Shown here: positions 32,674 to 43,466 of the stretch, in pieces
Layout: every line of letters starts with the position of its first letter
Numbering within the stretch: the first letter of the stretch is position 1
Source: Nitrospirota bacterium
Lineage (GTDB): Bacteria > Nitrospirota > UBA9217
Length of the DNA stretch: 64,000 bases
Reading direction: 5' to 3'
Assembly (NCBI GenBank): GCA_963845065.1
Contig: CAWJQQ010000005.1
Location: 64,001-128,000 of the forward strand
The notes under the pieces: generated by a model
The model's input: the letters and a program-made list of their open reading frames with translations, nothing else
Databases searched by the model: none
What the model was told of the DNA's origin: nothing
Position numbers and translations under genes: made by a program

Positions 32674-33050
32674 AGGCACCGCTTTTTAACGCCATGCTCC
32701 AAACTGTTCATGGCTGCCCGCAACCGAGCGGAGTGCTCCGATGCGATAATGCTTTCGTCCTTGCCCTCCGTAACTTTCATTCGCTCAAATCATAGTGCCC
32801 CCATGCAATACGAAAAGACACCCTTCCCGAACAATATTAATGTGAAAAGTGCAACTATCTCCGAGCGGTAGCTGCAAAACAGAATTATTTCACACCTTTT
32901 CATTGACATTTTCAAGTGTCATTGCTATTATTATTTTGTAAATGCTGGCGTTCGTGTCCGAAACAAAGGGAAAATGCCGACGGTCGATAGATGATGATCC
33001 TGTACGTTTTAATTGGAATTCTATATTAATAAGGAAGATCATTCTTGTTA

Positions 33051-33582
33051 ATGGAGAAACAGAAAGAGCAGGTCGTCACGGTCGATGAAAATGACAATGT
33101 CATCGGCGAAGATAGCAAGGGAAAGTGTCATGATGGCGGAGGGGATACTGCATCGCGGCTTTCTCGCCATGGTTCTCAACAATGCAGGGGAATTACTGCT
33201 GACCAGAAGAAGTGACAAGAAGAGGTTGTGGCTCGGGTTTTGGGACGGTAGCGTCGCAAGCCATGTGTTTATGGGAGAGGATTACGAACATGCTTCAATG
33301 CGGCGGATAAGAGAAGAAATAGGTCTCGTAACCGAGAAGGTGAAATATGCGTTTAAATTTTGCTATAAAGCCGGTTATAACGGCGTCAGCACGGAGCATG
33401 AAATTTGCGCTGTGACCATTGTCCGTGGCATTGAAGCGAGCACCCTGTCTTACGACTGTAATGAAATAGCGGAGGTCAGGCTTATGGGCTTGACCGCATT
33501 GATGACGGAAATCAAGAAGAATGAGCATCTCTATACCCCATGGCTCATTCTAGCGCTGGAGCATATGGGCGGCAGACATTAA
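33051..33582 (+). pseudogene. idi: Type 1 isopentenyl-diphosphate isomerase with one +1 frameshift near 33136
   Basis: MEKQKEQVVTVDENDNVIGEDSKGKCHDG joins GILHRGF...WD.SVASH...EHEIC...YTPWL; 532 nt = 3n+1. Confidence 0.85.
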
Positions 33583-33889
33583 TTCCTACGAGGAGAATGC
33601 TTCACGGTGGTTTTTGTCCTAGAAGCTTCTCCTTATATTTTTTTTACGTTAGGATTCCATGCCGGGGCGCGATAACGGAGCAGCCTGATCCAGCCGGGCT
33701 TCCAAATCTTTTGGAAATGACGTTCAAACACTGATTCTTAACTCGAGATCATACACAGTGATTTATGGTGGGACCGGTTCACGACATTAGGAAATCCTCT
33801 CCTACTGCTATAATATCTGGCTGGCATTATCCGGTCTTGTACACTGTTCAGCAAGGCCGTCTTGTTGACAATTCAGCCACTGTTAAAGC

Positions 33890-34230
33890 ATGGTTGACGT
33901 GATCTGTCTTACAAGCGGAGATACGGTTGGATGAACCGTGCGGAGCAATCGCACTGGGTCTTCCTGTTCTATTCTGTGGTTCGAAATCCGTATGTATTTC
34001 CACTGTTATCTTTCTGGGCATTTTCTTTTTTCTTTATCTCACCGCCCTCTCATGGGCGGTCATCAGTTTCGTCTTGCCGATGACTGCGGTGTCGTATCTT
34101 TAGCCGCGCTTCTGGCAAAGTTTTTCTTCGAGGAAGATGTCTCATGGTATCGCCGGGCCGGTACGATAATCATTGTGACCAGCATCGCCTTGGTTGCGCT
34201 CGGCGGCAAATCGCGGTCAGTCGATCGTTC
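33890..34230 (+). pseudogene. EamA/SMR-type transporter, frameshifted
   Basis: FLYLTALSWAVISFVLPMTAVSY then AALLAKFFFEEDVSWYRRAGTIII in a different frame. Confidence 0.7.
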
Positions 34231-34360
34231 GCTTCCCGGGACTCATCACTTCGAATTTACTGGGGATCACGGATTGATGGCACTGACCGTTATTCCTGCT
34301 GTATTTTCGCATAAAGACGATCTGCCTCGATAAGGCCGGCCGTGCGAGGGAGAGGAAACA

Positions 34361-36379
34361 ATGAACAGATTATCCATAAGCGAACAAAATCCAGATTACC
34401 GACGCGGATCCGCGGATACGGCAAGCATACTGTCCGGCATACAGGAAAATGAACCTCGCACGTTCCCGGGGCGATCCTCGTACTTTGGACCCGTATCGGA
34501 AGCCGTGAAGAATACTCTGTCCTATTACCTTGACCGTCAGCACCCTGACGGGTACTGGTGGGATGAACTTGAATCCAACGTCACCATGATATCGGAATAC
34601 CTGATGCTCCTTCATTTCCTGGGGCTGCGGGACGAAGAACGGGATAAAAAAATCGTTCACAACATTCTTAGAAACCAGCGTGCGGACGGGACATGGTCGC
34701 TGTTCTACGGGGGACGAGGCGACCTCAGCACCACCGTAGAAGCGTATTTCGCCCTGAAACTCGCGGGCTTCTCCGCAGACGATGAGTCGCTGCGGAAGGC
34801 CGGTGAATTCATCCTCCGGGAGGGAGGAATTGAGACCTCGAGAGCATTCACAAAAATATATCTTGCCCTTTTCGGCCTCTACGATTGGCGGGCGATCCCT
34901 TCCATTCCAGTAGAACTCAATATACTTCCTGCTTGGTTTCCTCTGAACATCTACAACTTCTCGAGCTGGGCGCGGTCCACGTTTGTACCTCTGGCAATGA
35001 TCTGCGCGTTCAAGCCCGTGAGGACATTGAACTCCGGCATGACGCTCCGGGAATTGTACCGGGAACCGGACAAGGTGCCGCCGATTACGTCCGGCAAGCT
35101 GCCGCGCTTTTCATGGAAAAGGTTAAGTATCGCCCTTGACAGGCTCGTCAAGGTGTACGAGCGCCTGCCGGTCAGACTCTTCCATAAGACGGCCCTCAAG
35201 AGGACCGAAAAATGGATCCTCGACCACCAGGAACAGACTGGAGACTGGGGAGGCATACAGCCCGCCATGATCAACTCGATCCTCGCCCTTTCGGCGATGG
35301 GGTATTCTAACACTTCAGAGCCGGTACGAAAAGGACTAGATGCGCTGAAGAAATTTACCATCGAAAAAGACCATGAGCTCATTCTTCAATCATGCATCTC
35401 CCCAGTATGGGACACCGCTCTCACGTCCCTCGCAATGCTCAACGCGGGAATGGACAAATACCATCCTTCCCTGAAAAAGGCCTGTGCCTGGCTTGCCTCT
35501 AAACAGATTTTCCGTCGGGGTGACTGGAGCGTCAAAAGACCCTTGCTTGAGCCTGGCGGCTGGGCTTTCGAGTTCGAGAACAGCTGGTACCCCGATGTAG
35601 ACGACTCCTCCGTCGTTCTTTTGCTCCTCAACAAATGCGCGAATGAGAATTCCATTACATGGGAGAACTTCATCCGGGGCCTGCGCTGGGTCCTGGGGAT
35701 GCAGGGAAAAGACGGCGGATGGGGCGCGTTTGATGTGGACAATGATAAGAAATTCCTGAACCAGCTTCTCTTCGGAGATCTTGAGGCAATGATAGACCCC
35801 AGCACTCCCGATCTGACCGGGAGGGTCCTCGAAGTTCTCGGCTCGATGGGATACAGTCTCTCGAACGACGTGGTTATGCGCGCGACGGCGTTTCTCAAGC
35901 TTACCCAGGAAAAAGAAGGCTCTTGGTGGGGACGGTGGGGCGTCAATCACCTATATGGAACGAGCACAGTGCTAGCAGGGCTGAATGCAGTAGGAGAAGA
36001 CATGTCAAGTCCGTACATCCGGAATGCGGTGCAGTGGCTCAAATCAAAGCAGAACGCCGACGGAGGATGGGGTGAGAGCTGTGAATCCTACGTTCAATCT
36101 CCTTCAAACGCCTGTACAGAGCGAAGCACCCCCTCACAGACCGCTTGGGCGATTCTTGCAATGATCGCTGCGGGCGAAGCAGGCGGCAGAGAAGTCATGA
36201 ACGGGGTGACGTACCTTCTCAAAAGGCAAAAGGCCGATGGCACGTGGGACGAGAAAGAGTTTACGGGCACAGGGTTTCCTAAGTACTTTTATCTCCGATA
36301 TCATAATTACCGGAATTGCTTTCCTCTGATGGCTCTGGGCAGGTATCTTTCCGCGCTCGGGAACGAGGCGACCGGGTAA
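34361..36379 (+). CDS. shc: Squalene-hopene cyclase
   Basis: Catalytic YPDVDD (DxDD); six QxxDGxW-like repeats; FTGTGFP..FYLRYH.Y. Confidence 0.97.
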   Translation: MNRLSISEQNPDYRRGSADTASILSGIQENEPRTFPGRSSYFGPVSEAVKNTLSYYLDRQHPDGYWWDELESNVTMISEYLMLLHFLGLRDEERDKKIVHNILRNQRADGTWSLFYGGRGDLSTTVEAYFALKLAGFSADDESLRKAGEFILREGGIETSRAFTKIYLALFGLYDWRAIPSIPVELNILPAWFPLNIYNFSSWARSTFVPLAMICAFKPVRTLNSGMTLRELYREPDKVPPITSGKLPRFSWKRLSIALDRLVKVYERLPVRLFHKTALKRTEKWILDHQEQTGDWGGIQPAMINSILALSAMGYSNTSEPVRKGLDALKKFTIEKDHELILQSCISPVWDTALTSLAMLNAGMDKYHPSLKKACAWLASKQIFRRGDWSVKRPLLEPGGWAFEFENSWYPDVDDSSVVLLLLNKCANENSITWENFIRGLRWVLGMQGKDGGWGAFDVDNDKKFLNQLLFGDLEAMIDPSTPDLTGRVLEVLGSMGYSLSNDVVMRATAFLKLTQEKEGSWWGRWGVNHLYGTSTVLAGLNAVGEDMSSPYIRNAVQWLKSKQNADGGWGESCESYVQSPSNACTERSTPSQTAWAILAMIAAGEAGGREVMNGVTYLLKRQKADGTWDEKEFTGTGFPKYFYLRYHNYRNCFPLMALGRYLSALGNEATG

Positions 36380-37380
36380 TGAAGGTCCTTGTAACTGGAG
36401 CAACGGGCTTTATCGGATTTCATGTTGCAAAGCTCTTAGCCGAGAAGGGTTTTCACGTGCAGGCCTTGGTGCGCAATGAAAACGATGCAACGGCTCTCAA
36501 GGATCTGGGCGTGGCGCCAGTTAAAGGCGACATCAGGGATTTTGACGCATGCCGCGATGCGCTAAAAGACTGCCAGCACCTATACCACGTTGCTGCGGAT
36601 TACCGGCTATGGGTTCCCGACCCGGCCGTTATGTATGCAATTAACGTGCAGGGGACAAAGAACATCATGCGCGCCGCCCTGGTGAATTCCGTCGAAAAGG
36701 TCGTGTATACCAGCACTGTAGGCGTCTTGGCTGCACGCGCTGATGGAGCGTCCTCGAACGAGGAATCGTCAGCCGATTTCCGTGATATGGTCGGCCATTA
36801 CAAAAAGTCCAAGTTCTTAGCTGAAGAAGAGGTGAGACATTGCATCGAACAGGGCCTGCCCGCCATCATTGTCAACCCGTCCACGCCAATCGGACCTTTC
36901 GACAGAAAGCCAACCCCGACGGGGAAGATCATCGTCGATTTTGTAAACGGTAAAATTCCAGCATACCTCGATACGGGCCTGAATTTTGTCGACGTTGAAG
37001 ACGTGGCGGCCGGCCATCTAATTGCGGCACTACAGGGAAGGGTCGGTCAGCGGTACATACTCGGCAACCGGAATATGACGCTGAAAGAATTCTTTAGGAT
37101 CCTTGCACGCATGACGGGGAAGAAGGCGCCGGCCGTTTGCCTTCCCTACTTACCAATACTCATGGCCGCACACGTCAACGAGGCCCTGTCCACATGGATA
37201 ACCGGCAAGCAACCTGTAATCCCGCTGACCGGGGTGAAGATGGCGAGAAAGTACATGTTTTTCGATTGTGCAAAGGCTATCAAGGAATTGCATCTACCAC
37301 AGACTCCCGTCGAGGGAGCTATAGAAAAAGCAATACGGTGGTTCGAACACAACGATTATATAAAGGAGAGGGCGTTTTGA
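36379..37380 (+). CDS. hpnA: Hopanoid-associated sugar epimerase/SDR
   Basis: VTGATGFIG, HVAADYRLW, GHYKKSK, NPSTPIGP.D.KPTPTG; TAATG overlap with shc. Confidence 0.9.
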   Translation: MKVLVTGATGFIGFHVAKLLAEKGFHVQALVRNENDATALKDLGVAPVKGDIRDFDACRDALKDCQHLYHVAADYRLWVPDPAVMYAINVQGTKNIMRAALVNSVEKVVYTSTVGVLAARADGASSNEESSADFRDMVGHYKKSKFLAEEEVRHCIEQGLPAIIVNPSTPIGPFDRKPTPTGKIIVDFVNGKIPAYLDTGLNFVDVEDVAAGHLIAALQGRVGQRYILGNRNMTLKEFFRILARMTGKKAPAVCLPYLPILMAAHVNEALSTWITGKQPVIPLTGVKMARKYMFFDCAKAIKELHLPQTPVEGAIEKAIRWFEHNDYIKERAF

Positions 37381-38150
37381 CAGAGGCAAGAATAAGCTAG
37401 CTGCAGATACGGACGATCGGAAAGACAGAAAACTCGGCAACGAGTGGATGAAGTGGAAAGGCTACACCGACTTGCGGGAAGATGCAATCAACGAGAACCT
37501 TTCCACCTTCCTCTCCCTGGCATTGGGCGTTCTCATCATAATCATCGCGCTGCTGCTTCCCGAATGGCTCATGTTTAAACCCCGGGTTCAACAGTTAAAC
37601 CCGACGCTTAAGATGTATGCGGGTTGGGCGATCGTAGGTTTCGCGACCTGTCTTTGTAATCTCTGCACTTCTTGAAGGCCTGCTGCTGCGAACATTCAAA
37701 AAGTCCTTGTTCCCCTATAACTGGATTGAAAAGTTCGTTGTCTCACTGCTTCCGCAGTCGATCTGGCTCGGAAGAAAGTTAGGTATCAACAAGGACAGAA
37801 TAGGGAATTCCTTCATCAAGATGCACAATTTCGTGACCATGAGCTTAATCGGAAAGCTCAATGCAAGCCGGGTCTTGATCCTGCTTCCGCGATGCCTGAA
37901 AAGAGATGCCCGGACCTGATTGATGAACAGATTGAACGGGACAACTATGAATTCTACGCCGTTGACGGCGGCGAGGAGGCGCGGGAAACAATCCGACAGT
38001 ATTATCCCTCGACCATTCGTGCCATAACCAGTGAACTGGACCCGATGGGCGGCATCACGGATGTAGCGGACAAAATACCGGTGATCACCATGCCCAATAA
38101 GGACCTGAGGGTTTTTGTAAAAATAGCGACTTTACCTTGAGCGAGCTGGA
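37377..38150 (+). pseudogene. DUF116-family membrane protein, disrupted
   Basis: NSFIKMHN, LILLPRCL, GGEEAR, IPVI.MPNK / PEGFCKN split by stops and frameshifts. Confidence 0.7.
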
Positions 38151-38302
38151 TGAGGCCCAAAAGCCTTGTCGGCCGCACGGTCGTAACCGGAAGAGACTTC
38201 ACAACAGGGCACCAACAGTCCCGCAGGGTCAGGCACTGGGACACGGTGTACGTGAGCAGAGTACTTTCGGGGTCGGGCCGTTTCAATATTCGAGAGGTTT
38301 CT

Positions 38303-39304
38303 ATGCGCTTTCCAGTCAGCTTATATGCATCGTTAACATCATTTTTCACGAGAAATGCACTCACAGGTGTTAAGAGGTTCCCACTCGTCCTCATGCTCGA
38401 GCCGACGCACCGGTGCAATCTAGCATGTTCCGGCTGCGATAGGATACGGCTATATGATCACGAGCACACCGAAGACCTCACCCTCGGCCAGTGCATCGAC
38501 GCAGCCTTAGAATCACGCGCTCCGGTTGTGACCGTTACAGGTGGCGAACCACTCTTATACAAAGAATTGAAGCCCCTCGTGCGGGAATTGCTCCGGTTGA
38601 AACGGCACGTCTATCTCTGTTCGAACGGCATTCTTACCGGTGGCTTTATCGAGGACTTCACGCCGAGCCCGAGGCTGACGCTAAATATTCATCTGGACGG
38701 GATGGAAGAGACGCATGACCTCATCACCGGCAAACCCGGAACGTTCAAACAGGCGATCGCTTCGATCAAATTTGCGAAACAAAAGGGTTTCCGCGTGAGC
38801 ACCAATACGTCGGTGTACAAGAACTCCGATATCGCACAGCTGGAGATATTGTTTGAAACTCTCAAAGGCCTTCGGGTAGACGGCATCTTGATGTCTCCCG
38901 CCTTCAATTATGAACGGGTCGAGAACGACATCTTTCTCAGCAGAGAGGAGGCAAGGGATATGTTCAGGCGTATGAATTTTTTCAATAAATTCCCATTCAT
39001 CAGCTCCCCCCTCTACATTGACTTTCTAAAAGGGAACAGGCAACTGCGCTGCACTCCCTGGGGCAATCCGACGCGTAATCCGCTGGGTTGGAAATCCCCC
39101 TGTTACCTTATTACCGATGCTTACTATCCGTCGTTCAGCGAATTGATGGAAAAGACTTCCTGGGAGCGGTACGAGTCCGGAATCGATCCGCGATGCCGGG
39201 ACTGCATGGTCCACAGCGGCTATGAAGCGACCGTGCAGAGAATCGCCTTTTCCCATCTAAAGGACTTTGTCAGGCTTGTCTTTTGGAACCTGAGAAATAC
39301 CTGA
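38303..39304 (+). CDS. hpnH: Radical SAM adenosylhopane synthase
   Basis: RFPLVLMLEP..RCNLACSGC, GGEPL, CTPWGNPT, GW..PCYL, C..CMVHSGYE; GAGAGG RBS before 38303. Confidence 0.9.
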   Translation: MRFPVSLYASLTSFFTRNALTGVKRFPLVLMLEPTHRCNLACSGCDRIRLYDHEHTEDLTLGQCIDAALESRAPVVTVTGGEPLLYKELKPLVRELLRLKRHVYLCSNGILTGGFIEDFTPSPRLTLNIHLDGMEETHDLITGKPGTFKQAIASIKFAKQKGFRVSTNTSVYKNSDIAQLEILFETLKGLRVDGILMSPAFNYERVENDIFLSREEARDMFRRMNFFNKFPFISSPLYIDFLKGNRQLRCTPWGNPTRNPLGWKSPCYLITDAYYPSFSELMEKTSWERYESGIDPRCRDCMVHSGYEATVQRIAFSHLKDFVRLVFWNLRNT

Positions 39305-39317
39305 GGGGTCCGTAGGC

Positions 39318-40166
39318 ATGCTTCTTCTCGACACGATCCTCCTTAGACCCTACGTGTTCATCTTCCTTGTCATTTACCTCGCCGGGTGCTCGCTGCATCT
39401 TGGACTAAAGAGGGCCCTCCTCTTCGGCGTCACAGGATACGTTATCGCGTGGCTGTCGGAATTCTTGTCCATTAACATTGGCTTTCCTTACGGACACTAT
39501 TACTATCTTAACGCCACGAGAGGAAAAGAGATATGGGTCTTGGGCGTTCCGCTCATGGACTCGATCAGTTACGTCTTTCTTGCCTACGCGAGCTATTCTC
39601 TGGCACTTCTCGTCTTCTCGCCGCTAAGCCGTTCGAGATGGATACTGTACGTTCTTGAGACGAAAAAAATAAGGTACTCCCTTCAGGTCAGAATTCTCGG
39701 TGCTCTGCTGTTCGTTTACCTCGATATTATTATCGATCCTATCGCCTTGCGGGGCGATCGCTGGTTTCTCGGGCAGATCTATGGCTACCCCGAACAAGGG
39801 GTCTATTTCGGCGTCCCTCTCTCGAACTTTCTCGGATGGTTCGTTGTAGGCTTTTCAATGATCTACTTTCTGCAAAAGATCGACTGGCACCTGCTGAGAA
39901 AAGGAGTCCCAGATTTTATTGGTTACAAATATCCCTGGCGATTCCTAATCGGCCCCATCCTTTATTGCTGCGTTCTGGTCTTCAATTTGTCTGTCACATT
40001 CTTCGTCGGCGAGCACATGCTGGGATGGGCGGGAATCTTCATCGTTCTGCTGCCCTTGTATCTCACGTACGTGATCGTGAAAGACAAGATCTCCCAGAAA
40101 AACATCGAGACAGAGGTGGCGGAACACTATAGGGATTTCCCCCAAGCGATGATCGGTCACGGATAA
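39318..40166 (+). CDS. DUF422/CruF-like 'carotenoid biosynthesis' membrane protein
   Basis: GFPYGHYYY, GVPL, DIIIDPIA, YFGVPLSNFLGWF. Confidence 0.8.
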   Translation: MLLLDTILLRPYVFIFLVIYLAGCSLHLGLKRALLFGVTGYVIAWLSEFLSINIGFPYGHYYYLNATRGKEIWVLGVPLMDSISYVFLAYASYSLALLVFSPLSRSRWILYVLETKKIRYSLQVRILGALLFVYLDIIIDPIALRGDRWFLGQIYGYPEQGVYFGVPLSNFLGWFVVGFSMIYFLQKIDWHLLRKGVPDFIGYKYPWRFLIGPILYCCVLVFNLSVTFFVGEHMLGWAGIFIVLLPLYLTYVIVKDKISQKNIETEVAEHYRDFPQAMIGHG

Positions 40167-40253
40167 GAGGTATAAGTAGCAAAGTCCATTCCTCATCCAA
40201 ACTCGGATCGGTGATTGAAAATAAGAAAATACTTGACCTTAATCACGTAGTTA

Positions 40254-41102
40254 TTATCGGCCGATTATCCCGCGTTTAAGAAGCTTGGAGAAACGCGGAT
40301 TGATCGAGAGGTCAGATTTTAGAACTTCTTTTCGCAAATTTCTGAAAGTGGTCTTCGGCCAGTCCTTTAGGAAAAAATTAACTAGCCATTTCGGAATCCA
40401 CCCTTTCGGATCGCAAAGGAACTCCGCATCGACCCTAGTCTTTTTATCGTTATCGATAGAACTCAGGATAAAGGTCGCGTCGATCAGTTCGCCACGAATG
40501 AAGTTGGTATGCGGAGTAAATGGATAGCCAGATGGCTGATAATGGAAAACCATCTCTTTCTTGGACAGCTTGAAGCTCATTTTGACTTTCGACACAAAAT
40601 CACGGTCCGTGATCAAGAATGGCATCCCAATATGATCGTACTCAATGAAATTGTCCTTGTTTCCCCAACGGATGATCCTGGAGTCTACAAGCCCCGCTAT
40701 CCATTCCCGCCGCCTGTCGACATCAAAAATGACCGTCGCTACTAAGGGCAACGGTGCTTCAACGACGCCAATACCCCGAAACGCAACCAGCCTGCTGTCG
40801 CCTGCTTCTTTCCTAAAAATTTGAATCCCATCGGTCGTGTTGTCAACAGAGCGCCACTCAGACGCGTAGCTAAATTGTGCTAAGAGTGCAAAAAAAGCGA
40901 TACAGTACCCTATCTTCCTTCCAAGGCTACAACGAAAATCGCTCTGTGAGAATTCTATAGACGAATGCAATTTTATATAATTAGGGTCACTCATTTTTAT
41001 GCCTCTTGGTCTTTTCACGCTTTCGAAGCAGGTTTTGTTCTGTGCAAAGCGATTCAACGAAGTAGTCAGGAGGAGTATTACAGAATGATTATTTTCAGTC
41101 AA
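40254..41102 (-). CDS. START-domain lipid-binding exported protein
   Basis: W....DGIQIF, MPF.ITDRDFV, DPKGWIPKWLVN; true start probably downstream of 41102. Confidence 0.8.
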   Translation of the reverse strand: MTENNHSVILLLTTSLNRFAQNKTCFESVKRPRGIKMSDPNYIKLHSSIEFSQSDFRCSLGRKIGYCIAFFALLAQFSYASEWRSVDNTTDGIQIFRKEAGDSRLVAFRGIGVVEAPLPLVATVIFDVDRRREWIAGLVDSRIIRWGNKDNFIEYDHIGMPFLITDRDFVSKVKMSFKLSKKEMVFHYQPSGYPFTPHTNFIRGELIDATFILSSIDNDKKTRVDAEFLCDPKGWIPKWLVNFFLKDWPKTTFRNLRKEVLKSDLSINPRFSKLLKRGIIGR

Positions 41103-41160
41103 GCGTTTTTGGGGATTATCGCAAGGAATCCTTTTTTGAAAAAACTATGTTTTCCTAATT

Positions 41161-42505
41161 AGGGGCCAAAATTTTTTGTAACTGCGTGCTATAGTTTAGT
41201 TGAAATTTGAGTATCTGCTCCTAAAACGTTAACGTCTTGTTTGCCGACAAAAACAGTCACGAAGAAAGTAGCCGTTATGGGAAGAATAGTACAGATATAA
41301 AAGAATGGAAAGGTCAAAAAAGCAGAATGTCAATAAAGCAGAAAAAGCTACAATAAAAACGCTGCAGGAGTACGGGGCGCTCAATATCGAAGCCAAAGTG
41401 GAAGAAATCCAACAGATGATACCGTTTGCATTGATGCACGAGCTGGAGACGATTGAAGAGGATGTTCGCCGAGTGGCGGGTGAACGGTACGGCAGAGCAG
41501 GCCTTCCCGGTTACGATCGGTGGGGCAGTCAGATGGGATCGATACGCATCCATGATCAGAGGATCCCGATCCGATACCCGCGGGTTCGGGGGCACCATCA
41601 AGAGGAAAAAGGTGTCGATACCGTCCAATTGATAACTTCATCTGCTTGCCGATGCACTAGATGATTGGATACTCAGGCGGATATCGAATAGGATCAGTTG
41701 CAAGAACTACCGGAAATGTGCGGAGCTAATCCGTCAAGCGTTCTCCTCAAGCGCTTCAACGCTCTCCCAGAAGTATCGAGCAATGATAGGGGGTTCGTTC
41801 AGAGCGGGGCGGAGAACGCCGGGGTCACGAAAGGCCCTCAGGACGACCTTATCAGCCGGATATCAAATACAACAAGGGCATTTTTTTTTGCATTATTGAC
41901 GGTTCAAAGGGGTTCAGGAAAGGCATCCAGGACGCCTTTAGCGCTTATGGAGTCTTCCTACGGTGCCAGTGGCACAAGCGAGAGAACGTCGTAGACTACC
42001 TTCGGACCGATCTGCAGCCGACCTTTCGCGATAAACTGCACTGCGCATATGCGAAGGATGATGATGGAGAGGCCAAAGGTGCCCTCCAGTCGATCAATAA
42101 GGAGCTCAAGCTTATCAATGAGTCAGAAGTAACCAGCCTGGACGAAGGATTTAAAAAAACGCCGACCCTTAATCGTCTGAGTGTTCATAAAGAGCTTCGG
42201 TAGAGCCTCTCGACGACGAACATGATCGAGTCTGTCAATTCACTGATTGGTCAGCGGACAGATTAAGTGGATCGATGGTGCAATAGCAGTCAAAAACAGT
42301 GGCGGGTTGCAGCATCTTTATTCGATATTGAACGACGATTGAATCGCATCAGCTGATATCGATATCTTACAGCGTTTAGAGATTCATTGCTGCGTGAAGT
42401 ACATCGAACGTCGAGACCACCGGGATATGGTAAAGAGGCATCAGTAGCTTGAAACAACCATTATGGAGTTTCTACTGAATTTTAACTAAGAAAAAGATTG
42501 AGTCC
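41161..42505 (+). mobile_element. IS256-family element with a heavily degraded transposase
   Basis: GERY...RWGSQ.GS......RIPI..PRVR; RCQWHKRENV; TTNMIES; many in-frame stops. Confidence 0.8.
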
Positions 42506-43050
42506 CCTTCGCTATGCGCAGTATTTCTCCGGACGACCACCCTCGCCTTAAATTGTGCTTTGGGAAGGGATGAGTCTCCGACATTCCAATTTCCCTCCAA
42601 AAGATTCCCGTTGTTCAATACTGCCGTCAAAATTGTGAAAGCACAGGATAAGTGAGGACTGTTGCAACCCAGAAATTCCAGAATCCAATGCGTAACGGCA
42701 TTTTCGTATAAGTCCGCTGCTTTGCCATAAACCATGATGTTTCTGTCATCGCTAATGCCTGTATCGCCCAGCATCTTTTCAATAGCAGGAAACATCGTAG
42801 TGACCTGCCTAGGATCAATCAAGGCGTTGCCAACATGTTGCCAAGATTTACAGCACCGGTAATGTGTCCCCTTTGTATTCCTCACCTACTCGCACGTCCT
42901 GAATGGACCAGAAGGCCGGCTTGCCTGGCTTCTCATTGACAATCTACTATTCTATTATCAACCACAAGATTCGATACATCTCCCGATAGTGCATTTCCTG
43001 TGTAAATAATAAGCACCAACGAAGCTGCAATTAATATTTTTTTTAGCGTA
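42506..43050 (-). pseudogene. Exported rhodanese/sulfurtransferase, truncated at the IS256 end
   Basis: DVR..EEY / GHITGAVNL, LGDTGISDD..IMVYG, WILEFLG; frameshifts. Confidence 0.7.
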
Positions 43051-43162
43051 ACTATACTACCTTTCAATAACTCGTAATGATGTGATTATAGTCCAGAGTT
43101 GATTGTATCGTAAAGAATATAAGTCGGCCTATATAAGAGCTGTGGCTATAATCATTTCTGCG

Positions 43163-43435
43163 TTATCTGTCTGTCATTCTCCTCGCTAAGGGCGGAGAGT
43201 CATCGCAAAGAAATTTCGCTGACTGTATGCTCTGGAAATCCCCGCATCTTCTCCAAGGTGAAATGAACAAGTCATGGAGGCTACAGATACCGGACTCTCC
43301 CCACACCGACCCGTAGGCGGAACTTAGGGAATTCAGCCCGGGGAAGACACTCTCAATCATCGCAGAGCGGTTGTCAAAATATTTGCAACATATGCATTTG
43401 TCTTGCATGTGTTTCTCCTGCGTTTTTGCCCCCAT
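43163..43435 (-). CDS. Small Cys-rich protein
   Basis: CICC...GIC..HD......C..F; follows the YeiH gene on the same strand. Confidence 0.6.
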   Translation of the reverse strand: MGAKTQEKHMQDKCICCKYFDNRSAMIESVFPGLNSLSSAYGSVWGESGICSLHDLFISPWRRCGDFQSIQSAKFLCDDSPPLARRMTDR

Positions 43436-43466
43436 TAGGCCAACGCACGATTGTCAGGCAGACATC

